The notes beneath the pieces are model-generated. The model had not been told where the DNA came from. It saw nothing but the letters and a program-made list of their open reading frames with translations, and ran no database searches. The translations under genes and the position numbers were made by a program. A DNA stretch of 64,000 bases, taken from positions 7,132,001 through 7,196,000 of the forward strand of contig CM052832.1 of assembly GCA_028534125.1 (NCBI GenBank), read 5' to 3'. Source of the DNA: Lama glama (Eukaryota). This document shows, piece after piece, positions 38,170-50,472 of the stretch (the stretch's first letter is position 1; each line of letters begins with the position of its first letter).

Positions 38170-38300
38170 GCTGTGACTCTGCCCCACACTTCTTGCTTTG
38201 TGATCTTGGATAAGTTACTTAACCACCCTTGACCTCGGTTTCCTTGTCTGTAGAATGGGGAGACACTGAGCGGACTGTCAAGGATTCAGGGAGACAAGGG
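38170..38300 (+). mobile_element. MIR SINE
   Basis: 'tgtgatcttggataagttacttaaccacccttgacctcggtttccttgtctgtagaatgggg'. Confidence 0.85.
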
Positions 38301-41154
38301 GTGGGGAGTGCACTCCCCCAGCCCCTCCACTGCCTGTCAGTACCTTCTACACAGTGGGCGTCAATGTATTTTCATCGACTTGAAGCATCTTTAAGTTTAA
38401 CCTGGTGATAAAGGAGTAAATGAGTGAGGCCGTTTTTGTGGGGGCATTGAAGTGAGCCTGGGAGAGTCTGAGTGAGAGTAGGTGTGTTTATTAGTGATTT
38501 AGAGGTGGGGGGCTGCCCGCGGGTATAAACATTTCTGTCATTACTGAGCCTGCTTTAACTGACCCGAAGACTGAATGCACAGCAACATAAATCTCCAGCC
38601 GACAGAGAGAGAGAGATGCTGTTATTAAAATTCTTAAAAAGATAATAATAAGGAGGCCCATTTTTGCTCTCAAACAAATCAGATTTCGATGCTGATCCTC
38701 CAAAGATAGGTTTGTGTGGGGAGAAAATGAGGTGCATGTTTTCCACCTTTGCCCTCTCTTCCCTTTGTTTATCGAAATTGTCACCTAGAAGAGAGATTTT
38801 TCACTTCGGAAAACAGCAAAAACCAAGCTCTGCTTCTCCAGGGCCCCCACCCCTCTCCCCTGTGTACGACACCCAGTGTGGGTGAAGGCCTTTGCGACTA
38901 GCCTGATGAGCAAGACTCGACCTCAGGACCCTGACGTTAAAAACCCGTCTACACCATGGAAGCTTCTTTTCTATTATTTCCATTTTTAAATCAAGGAAAG
39001 ATAAGACAAAAACAAAGCAGCCAGTGTTCTACCTGGCATGGGTGTCTGTGATGACTCACTTCGAGAAAATTCTGAGGAGGGGAAGAAAAAACCCACTTTA
39101 CTTGTACCTCTAGGAAATTCCTTCTTCGTGGGAATGAAAATCCAGGCTCCCACATGCTCAGATCTGGGGCTGGTGGTGGGAAGGTGGGTCGGCCCTCCTG
39201 CCCTGAAGCTGCCAGCCCAAGGGCAAGGCAGTGCTCCCTCTGACCAGAGCCTGCATTTCCACGCCGGCCTGCCCCCCTCCCAATTTTATGGTGGGGACTT
39301 AAGCCACTTCCTACATCCCCGCTGCTGCCTTTAATTTCTTCGACTTAGAGTGAAACCCCTACAGGGAAGCTGTAAAGAAAATAAAAGAAAGAAAGGAGCA
39401 AGAAAATGTTTCTCTTCTCTTTCCTCCCTAAACCCCCCTCGTAAACATCCCACACCCCGTGTCGCAAAATGCACGGCGAGCGTTAAGTCCTGGCAGTATT
39501 TTGACACAGTGCTCCGTCCCCTTCTCCCTCCCGCTACTCCTTTGAGGTTCATCGTGCAGCCCCAGGCTCTGTTCCCCTGCCAACTTGGTGGGAGTGTTTA
39601 GTGACTAGAAGGCTGTGGCCTGCTCTCCCCAGAACTTCACACTTCATTTTTCCATATCCCTGGGAGCAGCAGCAAATACTTCACCAGCCTGGTTTGGCGG
39701 CTACCACCATAAATCAGACTTAGGCCTCAAAAAAATATCCCGGCCTGTCAAGGCATTAAGCTTTTATTTTCTGACTCCATCCAGTGGTAAATGAGAGCTT
39801 GTATTTTCCTTTAAAACTGTAAAGGGATTTTTAAGGATTGTCGCTGGATGGCTGCCAGCTACGAAAAGATACAATACGGAGTGTAACTGGTTAGGAGAGA
39901 TTTGAAAACGTCTTAAGTATGAAAAATGGCTTTTCTTAAAGGTTTTTCAATGAAATGAGAAACGGGGCTTCAATTTCATAAAGGTTTGGGTTTTTTTTTT
40001 TTTTGCCTTTTTTTCTTTTTTTCCTGAAAGACTTGAACTCTTCACGAGAAAGGCTTTAGGAAATGGAAGAGTCGTGAGTGACAATCGTGAGCCGTGCTCT
40101 CCCCCCTCGCCCCGTTCTCTCTGCACACAGACACTCGGGCTGCCTCATCAGTCAGTTCCTGCCATCGTCGCTGACGACGTGACAGGGAGAACAAACAGAC
40201 TAGACAGTTTTATGTGCTGTATATTAATTGCTTCATAATTTAGGCCTGTAAACCAAGTCTACTTGGAAAACCCCCGGCTTAACATTCTAAACGAGTTTGC
40301 AAGGTGCAGGCCGTGCCTGCGAGATCCCTTCCTAGTGTCTCCCCGGGGTGAGGACTCCAACCTCACACTCCAAACACCGAGAGCCTCCTTGCAGTTGGAA
40401 GAGCGATGGTGTTCAGTAAGCAGTTATTGAACCAAAACCCCACGTCCAGGAAATCTGGAAAAAGGTGTAAGGAATTGGGCCAAGATCAGGCACTCGGGGT
40501 AGAAGAACAACCTGATTAGATTTTGTGATGTGTCGTGTCTCATTGAGGTACTCATTGAGTTTCGGTGGGATAGGATGAAAGGAGACTAAACGTAAGCTTT
40601 CCTTGGCCTCACCCAGGTCACCACATAGCTGTGCCACCTGGGGTGGCCAGGAGGTGTGGGAAGGCAGGGAAGAAGTAACTACAGAAATGGTGAGTCTCTA
40701 TTTACAAAGGTTTCAATGTAGCAATGAAAGTAGCCTGAGACCCATCAGGAAGGTAACGGGCTGTGTAGACGATGCCATCTGGTTGTAGGATCAGGGACCT
40801 GAGGATGAAGTGGGTGGGACTGATGGGAACGCAGCAGCAGTGGCCCCAGGAGGAGGAAGTGGCAGGTGGGTAGCAGTGTCATAATGAGAAGAGCGGGGGA
40901 GGACGTGCCCCGGGCTGACTTTGCAGGGACCCCACAGACCATCCGTCCTGCTCATGAGGATGGATGAACACGTCTCCCACCCAACCCCAAGTAGTCAGTC
41001 GCATTACATCTTGATGCTCCCAAGGTGCGGCACTGTTTTCCTAGGTGTTCTGTCTTCTTGATCGAGTACAGAACAATCTGAAAGCAGATTTTCTGGCCTA
41101 AAGCAGTTTGAGCAGTGGTTCGAACCTCAGTGCCATCCCAGCATGGACCGACTT

Positions 41155-41352
41155 TCTTTCTTTCTTCCTTCCTTCCTTTCTTACTTTTTCTTTCTTCCTT
41201 TCTTTTTCTTTCTTTCATCCTTTCTTTTTCTTCCTTTCTTCCTTCCTCTTTTCTTCCTTCCTTCCTTTCTTTTTCAGTGGAGGTGCTGGGGACTGAACCC
41301 AGGACTTCATGTATGCTAAGTACACCCTCTACCACTGAGCTACCCTCCCCCC
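41155..41352 (-). mobile_element. Camelid Vic-1-like SINE with expanded (GAAA/GGAA)n tail
   Basis: 'gtggaggtgctggggactgaacccaggac...ctctaccactgagctaccctcccc'; about 120-bp TTTC/TTCC tract at 41153-41275; TSD atggacc(g/c)actt at 41143-41154 and 41357-41368. Confidence 0.92.
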
Positions 41353-41569
41353 AAGAATGGACCCACTTCTAATGCTCCTTCCAGCTGATCGGGCTCCACT
41401 CCTTCAAAGCCCCTCGTGGCACCTGGAGCCCAGCTTGCAGGGGCTGAAGCCTCTGTTGCCATATCTGTCACCTCCCGCTCCCACTCAGTGGTCTGTGACC
41501 ACATTCTGTTGGTTCTTTCAATTTGCTGAGCTCTCACTTGCCTCCGGTCTTTTGCCTCTGAAAACTGAA

Positions 41570-41732
41570 AACTACATGGAATTCAGATTGGGACACAGCC
41601 ATGGTCATCTGTCACATACCATCCACGGCTGCTTCCACAGTAAAACAGCACAGTTGGATGGTGGAGACAGAGGTCGCATGACCCGCAAATGTTTACATCT
41701 GGCTCTTTACAGAGCGAGCTTGCTGCCCCCTG
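41570..41732 (+). mobile_element. MER58-like hAT-Charlie fragment
   Basis: 'ggacacagccatg...ggctgcttccaca...tttacatctggctctttacaga...gcttgctgccccctg'. Confidence 0.75.
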
Positions 41733-41989
41733 CCCCACTTCCCTTCATCCAGCACCCACACCCACACTGAGTCTGGCCAGCCCTTCCTCTTCCTTCAGAT
41801 CTTCCCCCGGACCAGCCCTCTGGCTGCTCGCTCCTGCCTTGTACACTCTGAACTTAGCCTCGCAGGGCGAATATGTTGTATCCTGAATTCACTTCTAAAT
41901 GCTTTTTTCACTCGAACTGCAAAATGGCAAAACTACCGGATGAAAACAATTAAAAAGTCATCCAGCAAGCATAAAAAATTACCCTCATT

Positions 41990-42182
41990 GAAAACTGAAA
42001 TCACATACCCGAAATGTTCATCTTGGTTATCCATAAATGGTGAGACCACGGAAGAGTTTAATACACTTTTGACTATCTGCATTTTCTAAATTTTCATAAT
42101 ACACACATTCTAAATTTTCTCTATGAGGTGCATGTTCTGAGTTTTCTAGAACATTCTATAATGTGTAAATGTTACTTTTAAT
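41990..42182 (+). mobile_element. L1ME-like 3' end
   Basis: 'ccgaaatgttcatcttggttatc...tctgcattttctaaattttc...tgttactttta'. Confidence 0.6.
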
Positions 42183-42189
42183 GGGACTT

Positions 42190-42285
42190 TTACAAAAATA
42201 TGTATTGAGCACCTTTTTACATGCAAGGCACTGAGTTGAGCACCATGGAAATAATCCATGCCCTCAAGGAATATAAAATCTGGTA
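42190..42285 (-). mobile_element. L2 3' end
   Basis: 'aaatatgtattgagcacct...gcaaggcactg...tgccctcaaggaa'. Confidence 0.75.
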
Positions 42286-42479
42286 TTTTTTTTAAAGGAC
42301 GCGCATAGTGATGGTGACAATATGCTGACTTCGCCTATTTTGTTTGGCCATTCCAGAGAGCCCCTATCATTTGCTGAGGATACCGGACTAAGTGTTACTG
42401 GGTGATGTCTATATGTCTATGTCTGTCATCCCCTATTTTATTCCTTCCCCTACAGGGGCATCCTGGAAGCCCTTGAGTA

Positions 42480-42740
42480 TGTCTGGTTCCTTTTTAAAAA
42501 TGGAGCGTATGTGTTTTCCTTTACAGTAAAGCTATTCAGGTATAATTCTTTAATTTTTGCATTCTTTAAAAGAGTTATTACAGTTTCCCAAAAGGGTTTT
42601 AGGCAATCTTCTGTTAGATTAATTCCCAGGTTTGTTGTGGGTTGAGCTGCTACTGGGAATGGGATCGCATTTTCTGTCAGCTTTTCTGATTGGTTACGGC
42701 TGGTGGGTCGTGAATCTTGAATATGGCAAGCTTGCTGGGG
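42480..42740 (-). mobile_element. Old L1 ORF2 fragment
   Basis: 'tgttagattaattcccagg...gctactgggaatgggatc...ttctgattggtta' resembles the L1 RT YLGI.LT region in reverse. Confidence 0.6.
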
Positions 42741-42784
42741 AAACGAAAACGTCAGTAAAACCCTGAGGAGCCTCTTACAGACGA

Positions 42785-42930
42785 CTGTGCCGCGGGCTGT
42801 GGCGCTGAGTCTGCACCTGAGGGCGAAGAGCCCGGGGCAGGGCGGGGAGCAGGGCGAGGCTGGGGAGGGGGTGGGGGGAGCCGTGCGTGGGGGCGGTGCG
42901 GGGCCCGGGGCCCGGGGCCCGGCGCGGCAG
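42785..42930. promoter_or_regulatory. Short GC/CpG-rich patch with GC boxes and G-quadruplex potential
   Basis: Eleven G-runs of 3 or more at 42834-42917; GGGCGG at 42840 and 42891; (GGGGCCC)x3 at 42900-42920. Confidence 0.5.
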
Positions 42931-44954
42931 AGAGCCTCTCTGTGCCACTGGTCAGTTCAGCGTGTCTCATGCTCTTCATGACTGAGACCCCTGTAGGCCT
43001 GCTGAGTGCACCTGGCACTTCCTGACACCACACCGCTGCCACCCTGACTATCCAACCCCACCACACATGCACGCCCGCCCAGCAAGCCGTCCTTTCCTGA
43101 AAACCCCCCTGCAGAGTCTCACCGAGGCCCTATGCCCATCATCTCTGCAGCACATCTGTGAGCAACAAGCAGCAGGGACAGCATCCTTTCTCTTTATACC
43201 CTCCCGGCTCTCCTGGTGGGTTAAATGGCCTCGGTATCCTGCAGATCCTACAGGGTGGAGCTCATTTTTCTAGGGCACTCCCGCGGGTTCAGTAACTTCT
43301 GGAGAACTCTGGAATGATCTGAGCGCCCAAGCTTTCAGGTCCTGGCTGGTCCCTCTTACCACGAGCACCAGCTCAGTCATTAGGCTAAGCCATTTCCTGG
43401 GCATCGAGATGTCCTAGCTCTCCCAGGGGGTTGCTAAGAGCGCTGCTTTGGCAGGAGTCAGATAAGCTGGGCAAACAGGTACCCTTTGTCCACATCCGTG
43501 AAAGCTTATTTGGGAAGAACCTTTTGAAAATCTTGTCAAAAGACTCTAAATAATCAAGCCATACTTTGCTAATATTTATGCAAGCATAGGCTACGCTAAT
43601 TCTTCCTGGGGCTCGGCCCAACTTCTCCTGGCGGTGATTCGCCCTCAAAGCACAGTTAGTCATCCCAGTTCTTTCAAAACCTAGACCAGGGGCTCTCAGG
43701 CACCTGGGAGCTTTCAACAAATAACCACTCCGAGGCTCTACCCCGGAGAAACTGAATCAGAATGTCCCCATCTGCTTGCTATGCCAGCAGCATCATGTCT
43801 GGGCTCTGGGACCCAGCAGGACGCTGCTGTCTGCCGGGGAGAGGTGGAGGGGTGGGGTGGAGAGCCTGTCCTCCGACCCCACCTCTCTCTAACCACATCT
43901 AAGTTAAAACCACAAAACCAAGTACATGGGCAAATGAGGGCTGATGCTGTGATTGAAGGGAGGAGAGAGGCGGGGTTGAGAGGACGGATGAGGAAGAGAG
44001 GCCATGTTTTATTGACAGAGACTTCCTCAAGGTTTAAAGAGACACTCCATGGTGGAAGTGGTCTTTGCGTGCCAGGGGGAGGGACGGTGGCCGCCAGTGC
44101 CCAGGCTGGGGAGGGCTGAGCCTCAGCTAAGTCTGGGCCAACTCCAGGACTCATTCACCTTCCTCGCTGCAGACTCAGGCCACCCTCCAGCTCCTCGGGG
44201 CACCTCCCACCCACACTCACTTCATCACCGCCACTGCTGCCACCTGAACCTCTAGGGTGTTCCACCTGCCTCTGGCTGCTGTGCGAGGGAAGTAATCTCC
44301 CCAAATGCCACGGCCTCGGCAGGCCATCTAGGGAAACAGGCGGCAGGGTGGGCCACGTGGCGAGGGGCTGTGTCTCCATGAACTAGAGGTGCCGGATACG
44401 CATCTTGAGGGCACTTGGGTGGGAGAGTTTGCTCACCAGGGGGTGTTTCCAAGAAAGGAGGAAACCAGCTCTCGGAGGCCTTGATCGACACTTTCATCAC
44501 CAAAGTCATGAAGAGACAGAAAGAGCTTTGCTTCCATCTCCATTTTCCTGCTAAAGTGACCTCTCTTTCCCAGCCCAGTTCCCCTCAGCTTTCTCTCCAT
44601 AAAAATAAATACCTTCTAGTGAATGCTAGCTAGTACCAAGTGTATGGTGCTAATAAGGGCCTTTCAGGTGCACTTTTATGTAGCATTCTGTTCCTTGATG
44701 AAGAACCAGGGGCCCAGGGAAATTAGGCGGCTTGCCTCCCATCACATGGCTGGGAGTTGGCAGAGCAACTGGACTCAGGCAGGTGTGAGAGCAACCACCG
44801 TGCCACATGGAGAGCTTCGCAGGCCAGACACCCGGCTTGTCAGCAAAGTCAGAGCCGGTGCTCAAAGAGCCAAACCATCGCCCACTGACTTCACCAGAAC
44901 TCAGCTTGGCGGCTCTGGAGGAAACAGTCTGCGCTAGAGTTGGGAGCCCCCCAG

Positions 44955-45110
44955 ACTCTGGAGCCCAACAGTTACCTGACTGTCTAGCCAATCTTCAATT
45001 TCCTCATCTGTAAAGTAGGACGATACACCTACCACGTAAGCACTGCTGAGGACAGAAAGATAATCCAGGGAGATGCTTACAACAGGGTCAGGCACAGCGT
45101 AAGGGCTCCG
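44955..45110 (+). mobile_element. MIR SINE
   Basis: 'cttcaatttcctcatctgtaaagtaggacgatacacctacc...gtcaggcacagcgtaag'. Confidence 0.8.
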
Positions 45111-45689
45111 TGATGCAGCCACTGATATTCAGGGTATTTTTATTGGAAATCTAGCCACCAAACATGTACTTGGGCATTTGGTGAATATTACAGAGGGTCC
45201 TGTACTAGTCATGAAGGTACACGGTGAAGCAAAGACAGAACAGAGCTATCCCCGGTCAGTTCACTCTCTCTCCACTTGGAAAGTCAGCCATGCAGAGCGA
45301 GATGCCATCAGAAGGCTGCCTGCAAGTCGTGGACCACCAGAGGATGACAGCAAGTATCTTCAAGTTGTGACAGCTGGAAGTGGCCTCTTCCCTTCAAGCA
45401 CCTCTGGATGGCCCATCACACAGATGGGAGATTTGGGGAGAGCAGGAACCAAACCTTACGGAGCACTTTCTCGATGTCAGGCACAGTGCTCCCTGCTTTC
45501 CCGCAGGGCAACGTGTAGGATGCCTATAACTCACGATGCAGGAAATGCTTTTAGGCAGCACCTGAGATGCTCTCAGGCGTTGTGAGGTCAGAGCGTTAAA
45601 TGACACTTGACTCGTGCGCAAGAGGAGAGAGATCCCGCAGTGACCAACTCCAGCCCTGGAGACGAATCACATGATTCTCATGGTGTCTG

Positions 45690-45830
45690 TACCCCTGACC
45701 AGCTGTGTGCTTTGAGCCAGTGATTCATTCTCTCTTACCCTTGGTGACTTTAGCTGGAAAAGGTGGAAATAACAGAAGTACTTTTCTCCTATGACTGTGG
45801 AGGTGTTGGTGGGAAAACATGTAAAGAGAG
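45690..45830 (+). mobile_element. MIR SINE fragment
   Basis: 'accagctgtgtgctttgagccagtgattcattctctct...aaaaggtggaaataacagaagtac'. Confidence 0.65.
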
Positions 45831-46014
45831 ACTCAACAGACTTGACCCTTTACTACTGTCCTTCATCAGCTGTCTATTACACCAAGGAGAGCATCTCAGC
45901 AAGTCTAATACTTGCTAATCTGACCTCTAACAAAAAGAGAGCAAACCTCAGGCCCAGAGAATTCCACAGACAGTAGCACCAGCTAGGATATTGCTTTTGT
46001 TCCCATTGTATGGG

Positions 46015-46245
46015 ATGTGTGTGTTTGTGTGTGTTTGTGTGTGTGTGTGTGATTAACTTCTAATCATGGTGAGTGAGCCTGGTTATTCATTTCTGCCAGT
46101 AACAGAAAGCTTCCTTTTCAAATAAACATATTTCAATAAAAAATCAATTTAAATGCAAATACTGAGGAATTAAAAGGACAGGTAGCAGACAGATACGGCA
46201 AACATCTCAACTATGGCACTTGAGTGCTTGAAGTTTGGGAAACAA
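46015..46245 (+). mobile_element. hAT-Charlie (MER113-like) fragment preceded by imperfect (TG)n
   Basis: 'agaaagcttccttttcaaataaa...gatacggcaaa...tggcacttgagtgcttgaagtttgggaaaca'. Confidence 0.55.
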
Positions 46246-47584
46246 GGACAGGCAGCCCCCATGTCCCCGCTTCCAATGTCCAGTGAATCCCCAGAAGCTT
46301 AAGAGCAGGAGAGCCCACTGAACTTGGTTCTGCCTCCCTCCAGCACCTCTGCCCTTTCCCAGTAGTGGCTGGCAATAGAAATACATCTTTGCTTTGCAGT
46401 CACCCATTTTTCAGACTCCAGGGAGACCACCGCCCTTCAGCCACCCTCTTCTTCTAAGAGGTCAAGCACTACGGCTATGGTTTCATTTCCTAGAGTCACC
46501 TCCCAGGATGAGGGGCACAGCCCCATCCCCCTTGGCAGGACCACACTGTTTTTCAAGACTTCTTAGAAACACCACCACAAGCCGTCTCTAGGCGTGGTCT
46601 CCTTCGGCCCATGGCTAACCTCACTCACAGGCTGCCAGTCCCAGCGACTTCCTTCCTCACATAACGACTGCACCACCTTGCCCCTCGTGTCCCAGCCGCA
46701 CAACTGAGACAAATGAGCATCTCATGAGGTGGGAGAGACCAAAGCCACGTGAAGGTCTCTGTGTCTACTGTGGCTCTGATTTCTGTTTCCCGATTTAGAG
46801 AAAAAGGGACTCTGGCAGATGCTGTCGGATAAACAGCGTTCCCTGGCTCGGAGGGAGGGTGACGGGTCTTAGTGAACGAGGGAGCCCAGGGGAGACGGGC
46901 TGGAAGAGGTGAGAATGATAGCATTGGAGGGGTCAACCTTCCCTGCGTCCCCCACAACTCCAGCCCCACTGGTCTGCTTCACACACAAGCGGAGCGAGGC
47001 TGAGAGGTTACCCGACCTGCCCAAGGTCACGTGCATCCCAGTCCGAACACTTCCTGCGTTTCCCCTGGGGCTCCTGAACCCACTTTGACCCCCGGCCTCA
47101 TTAAAAATTCTTGCCCCGTCTTCTTTCTTCAATGGATAATTTAAAATAGAAATAATAATAAATATAACACCTCGTTGTGTATGTGTAGCACCTTTCTTCC
47201 ACTAAATGGTGTTCTTTCAGCTTGCCCACCCGCGCTGCCCGGAGCGGAAGTGTTTCCACTGCGGCCTCTGACGCTGGGTACTGACTAACCTCGCCCCTAG
47301 ACCACACACATGCCTCCATCGAAGGGACAGCCCCGGGGACAGCGCTCAAGTCCGGCAGGAGACCTAGCTGCTGCAGGGCGGTGTTAAAAAAAAAAAAAAA
47401 AAAAAGGCTCTCACACATAATATACATGAGAAATCTGTTTGGAAAGCTAATGTTTTAACTGTTTTTCAAATGAACTATTTTTCTTCTAACTGTCTAATTC
47501 TTTGATTCTGTGTTTTGAGTGGTTGCTGTGGTTGTACTACTTGTAGGATAGTAGCATTAGTGACAGTGATTACTACAATTTAGG

Positions 47585-47712
47585 AAACTTCTACACTGGG
47601 GGCATTTGTAGCCAGTATCTTGTTTAATCCTCACTAAAATCTTTATGAGGTAAGTATTATGCCACCTGACAGACGAAACAGGCTAAAGCTCAGAGAAGTG
47701 ACTTGCCCAACA
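47585..47712 (-). mobile_element. MIR SINE fragment
   Basis: 'tttaatcctcactaaaatctttatgaggtaagtattat...gctcagagaagtgacttgcccaa'. Confidence 0.75.
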
Positions 47713-47739
47713 CAAGAAAAAGGAAAGTCTTCTGCCTTC

Positions 47740-49738
47740 GACAACAGGACCGACCAGATACTCAGAGAATTCCTAAGAGCACCAGGTAAAATATAATTTT
47801 TTTTTAAATGTCTGATAGATTTGGCTAGAAAGTGAAGTCATTCCTTGGGCCCCAGAAATGACCAGAAAGCCCAGTTCCAGAGGCGTTATTAAGGGTCAGC
47901 ATTTCCCACGTGTGAGGGACAAATCCTGAATCCCAAGCTCAGTGGAGCTCAGAGCAGAGACGAAGGAAATTGAAGGGCAGCCATCTCGGTGAGTGAACCA
48001 AGAAACCTTGAGCGCACAGAACAGGAAGGGGAGGTCCGTGACTGCTTGGCCTCCGCTCTGCCCGGGGCCGAAAAAGAAAAAAGAAAAAAAAAATCCCCCC
48101 TCTCTATTTCTAATTACAGACCTGGACTTTCATGAGTTTGGGGCCTGAACTGACACAACTACTGTGGCTAGAAGAAAACCTTGAAGTGTCCATTTAAACT
48201 GGTTCCAACTTGGTGATGCCCTCAGGCACCTGACAGCAGCAAATTCCAATTTTCTCTGCAAGAAAATACTCTTAAATGGCACCTCAGTGAATTCCTAGAC
48301 ATTAAGTTACGAGGAAAATCAACTCTTTTTTTAAAAAAAGTCACTAAACACAGTAGGAAATAAGTGACACTGAGAGTCGGCTGGAACAAGAAACTCTACC
48401 ATCAGATCTTCAGAGACCAGAGATACTGGGACCCATCAAACATAGAATATAAAATTAATATGATTAACACATTCGAAAAAAATGAAAGGAGATTGAAAGT
48501 ACAGCAAAGGAGAAAAAGAAACTATCATAACTGGCCAGATTTGATAAAGGACCAGATAGCAATTCTGGAAATTGAAAAAAAAAAAAAGATAAATGAAATT
48601 AGCATTTCAATGATCAGGCTGAAAGAGAAACTAGATGAACTGGAATACTGAAGAGATTACATGGACTCTAGTAGCAGAGAGGAAAAAAGCAATGGGACAT
48701 ATGAAAATGCTGAAGAAACCTGGAGAGGAGGGTGAGAATATTCTATAGGAAACAATAAAGAGAATGGGGGAAAAGAGCAATGTTGAAAGAGATAATGGCT
48801 GAGAATTCTCCAGAATTATTAAAAAGATGCCAGTGCATAGATTAAGGAAGCCCAGAGAATCCCAAGCAGGATAAATAAAAAGAAATCCATCCTAGACATA
48901 TCTCAGTGAAACTGCAGAACAACAAAGACAAAGAGGAGACCTTAAAGCGATCAGAGAGAAGCAGCAGACTGGATTCTTTCTGGAGAAGAATGACAAGTTG
49001 GCCGCTGAATTCTCAAAGGAAACCCAGATGCATTAATAGCAACCAGCTAGTATCAAATATCCAACAATTTAGAATTCTAAACAAGGAAAGCTTTTTTTCA
49101 AAAGTGGGGAGAGGGGTAAAATTTTTCAAACTATCACAAACTGAAAGAATTTACTACCAGAACACTCTCATTGTAGGAACTTCTAAAGGGCATGCATTTT
49201 AGAAAGAAGGACATGCATTTAGAAGGTAGGTCTAAAAGGCAAGTGGGTTGGTCAGCAAAGAGCAAGGTTAGAATGTGGCTAAATCTAAATAAATACCTGA
49301 TGGTATAAAACAATGTCTAAATTATGAGGGTTTTTTTTAAGTAAGGTAGTAATAAAATCCTGGACAACTACTTCTAATATCTGAAGGTGAGCAGTTAGAA
49401 TTCAAGAGTTCTTTGCTTCTTGTATCTTCCACAAAGAGCCTAAGTATGTTGATTAACTTTCAATTTTATTATGTAAAACGTCCATATTAAAATTTCTAGG
49501 GTAACCCCTAAACAAACTGGAATACAGGGGAAAAATGAAATGGGGGGATGGAACCAATCAATTCAAAACAGGAAGCAAAGGAGGAAGAGAGAAAAAATAA
49601 ACACAGAAAAAAGTAGGATAAATATTACTAGAAAGTGCAACATAAGATGGTAGAAATGAATTCGAAGAATTCAGTTATCACAAATGAGGTAAGTGGATTA
49701 AACTCTCTAGTTAAAAGACAAAGACTAGAGACTGACCA
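47740..49738 (+). mobile_element. Old L1 5' remnant (5'UTR, decayed ORF1, start of ORF2)
   Basis: 'gagataatggctgagaattctccagaatt', 'aggaagcccagagaatcccaagcaggataaat', ORF 48906 'VKLQNNKDKEETLK' (ORF1); ends in the ORF2 N-terminal 'GLNSLVKRQRL'. Confidence 0.88.
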
Positions 49739-49939
49739 AGAGGGAGTAGCTGGTCCCAGGTGAGGAGGTTGTAAATAAGGTTCAGATGGTGGCACCAGCA
49801 GCACATTATCCAGTGGTTAGATACGAGATCCTAAACCCCGAAAGGCAAGAAACCGACAGCCTGAAAATGGAAGCACTTTTATCATCATTTCTGGTGCCTC
49901 CAGAATAGTGTCCAAACTGGCCATTTCCCAGGCTTCCCA

Positions 49940-50090
49940 GGACTTCTCTTGTGTGACCCGAGCAAGTCACTTAGTCTCTCTGAGCCCTAGTTTTCTCATC
50001 TGTAAACGGGGATGACAGCAACGGACACCTCCAGGTGTGTCAGGAGGGTCACACAGGATGATATAGAAATTACTTGGCAGAGGGCTTGGC
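49940..50090 (+). mobile_element. MIR SINE
   Basis: 'tgtgtgacccgagcaagtcacttagtctctctgagccctagttttctcatctgtaaacggggatgaca'. Confidence 0.9.
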
Positions 50091-50367
50091 CAATGTCCCA
50101 ACCTTGATACCCATTTTTAATCAGTTTTTTAAAAAGAGAAGATAAATGAAGCCCTTCTATGTCTGGAGAAGTGCCAGTGGAGATGTAAAGGGAAGAAGAA
50201 ACAGGAAAAAGAGAGGAAAGGTAGACTTAACAGGACTGAATAGTGAGGATGAAGGAGAGGAAATCCTCATGAATTTAGAAAATATATGCCTGGGCCATGA
50301 AGGAAGGTATGTTATCAGTGATCAAAACAAAGCTGCCAGGAGAGGAAGTCTTTTCTCCGCAACAAGA

Positions 50368-50472
50368 TCGTAAGATCTTTGAGGTAAGAAACTGTGCTTC
50401 TCTGCCACAACATTGAGAACAAATCAAAGATTATTTTAGTTCTAAAAAACAAAAAGTGTTTGTTGAGTGAAT
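50368..50472 (+). mobile_element. L2 3' end
   Basis: 'gtaagatctttgaggtaagaaactgtg...aagtgtttgttgagtgaat'. Confidence 0.6.

Noticed and set aside
48364..49202. ORFs as a domesticated L1 ORF1-like (L1TD1-type) gene
   Set aside because: Broken by multiple stops and frameshifts and collinear with a decayed L1 5' end
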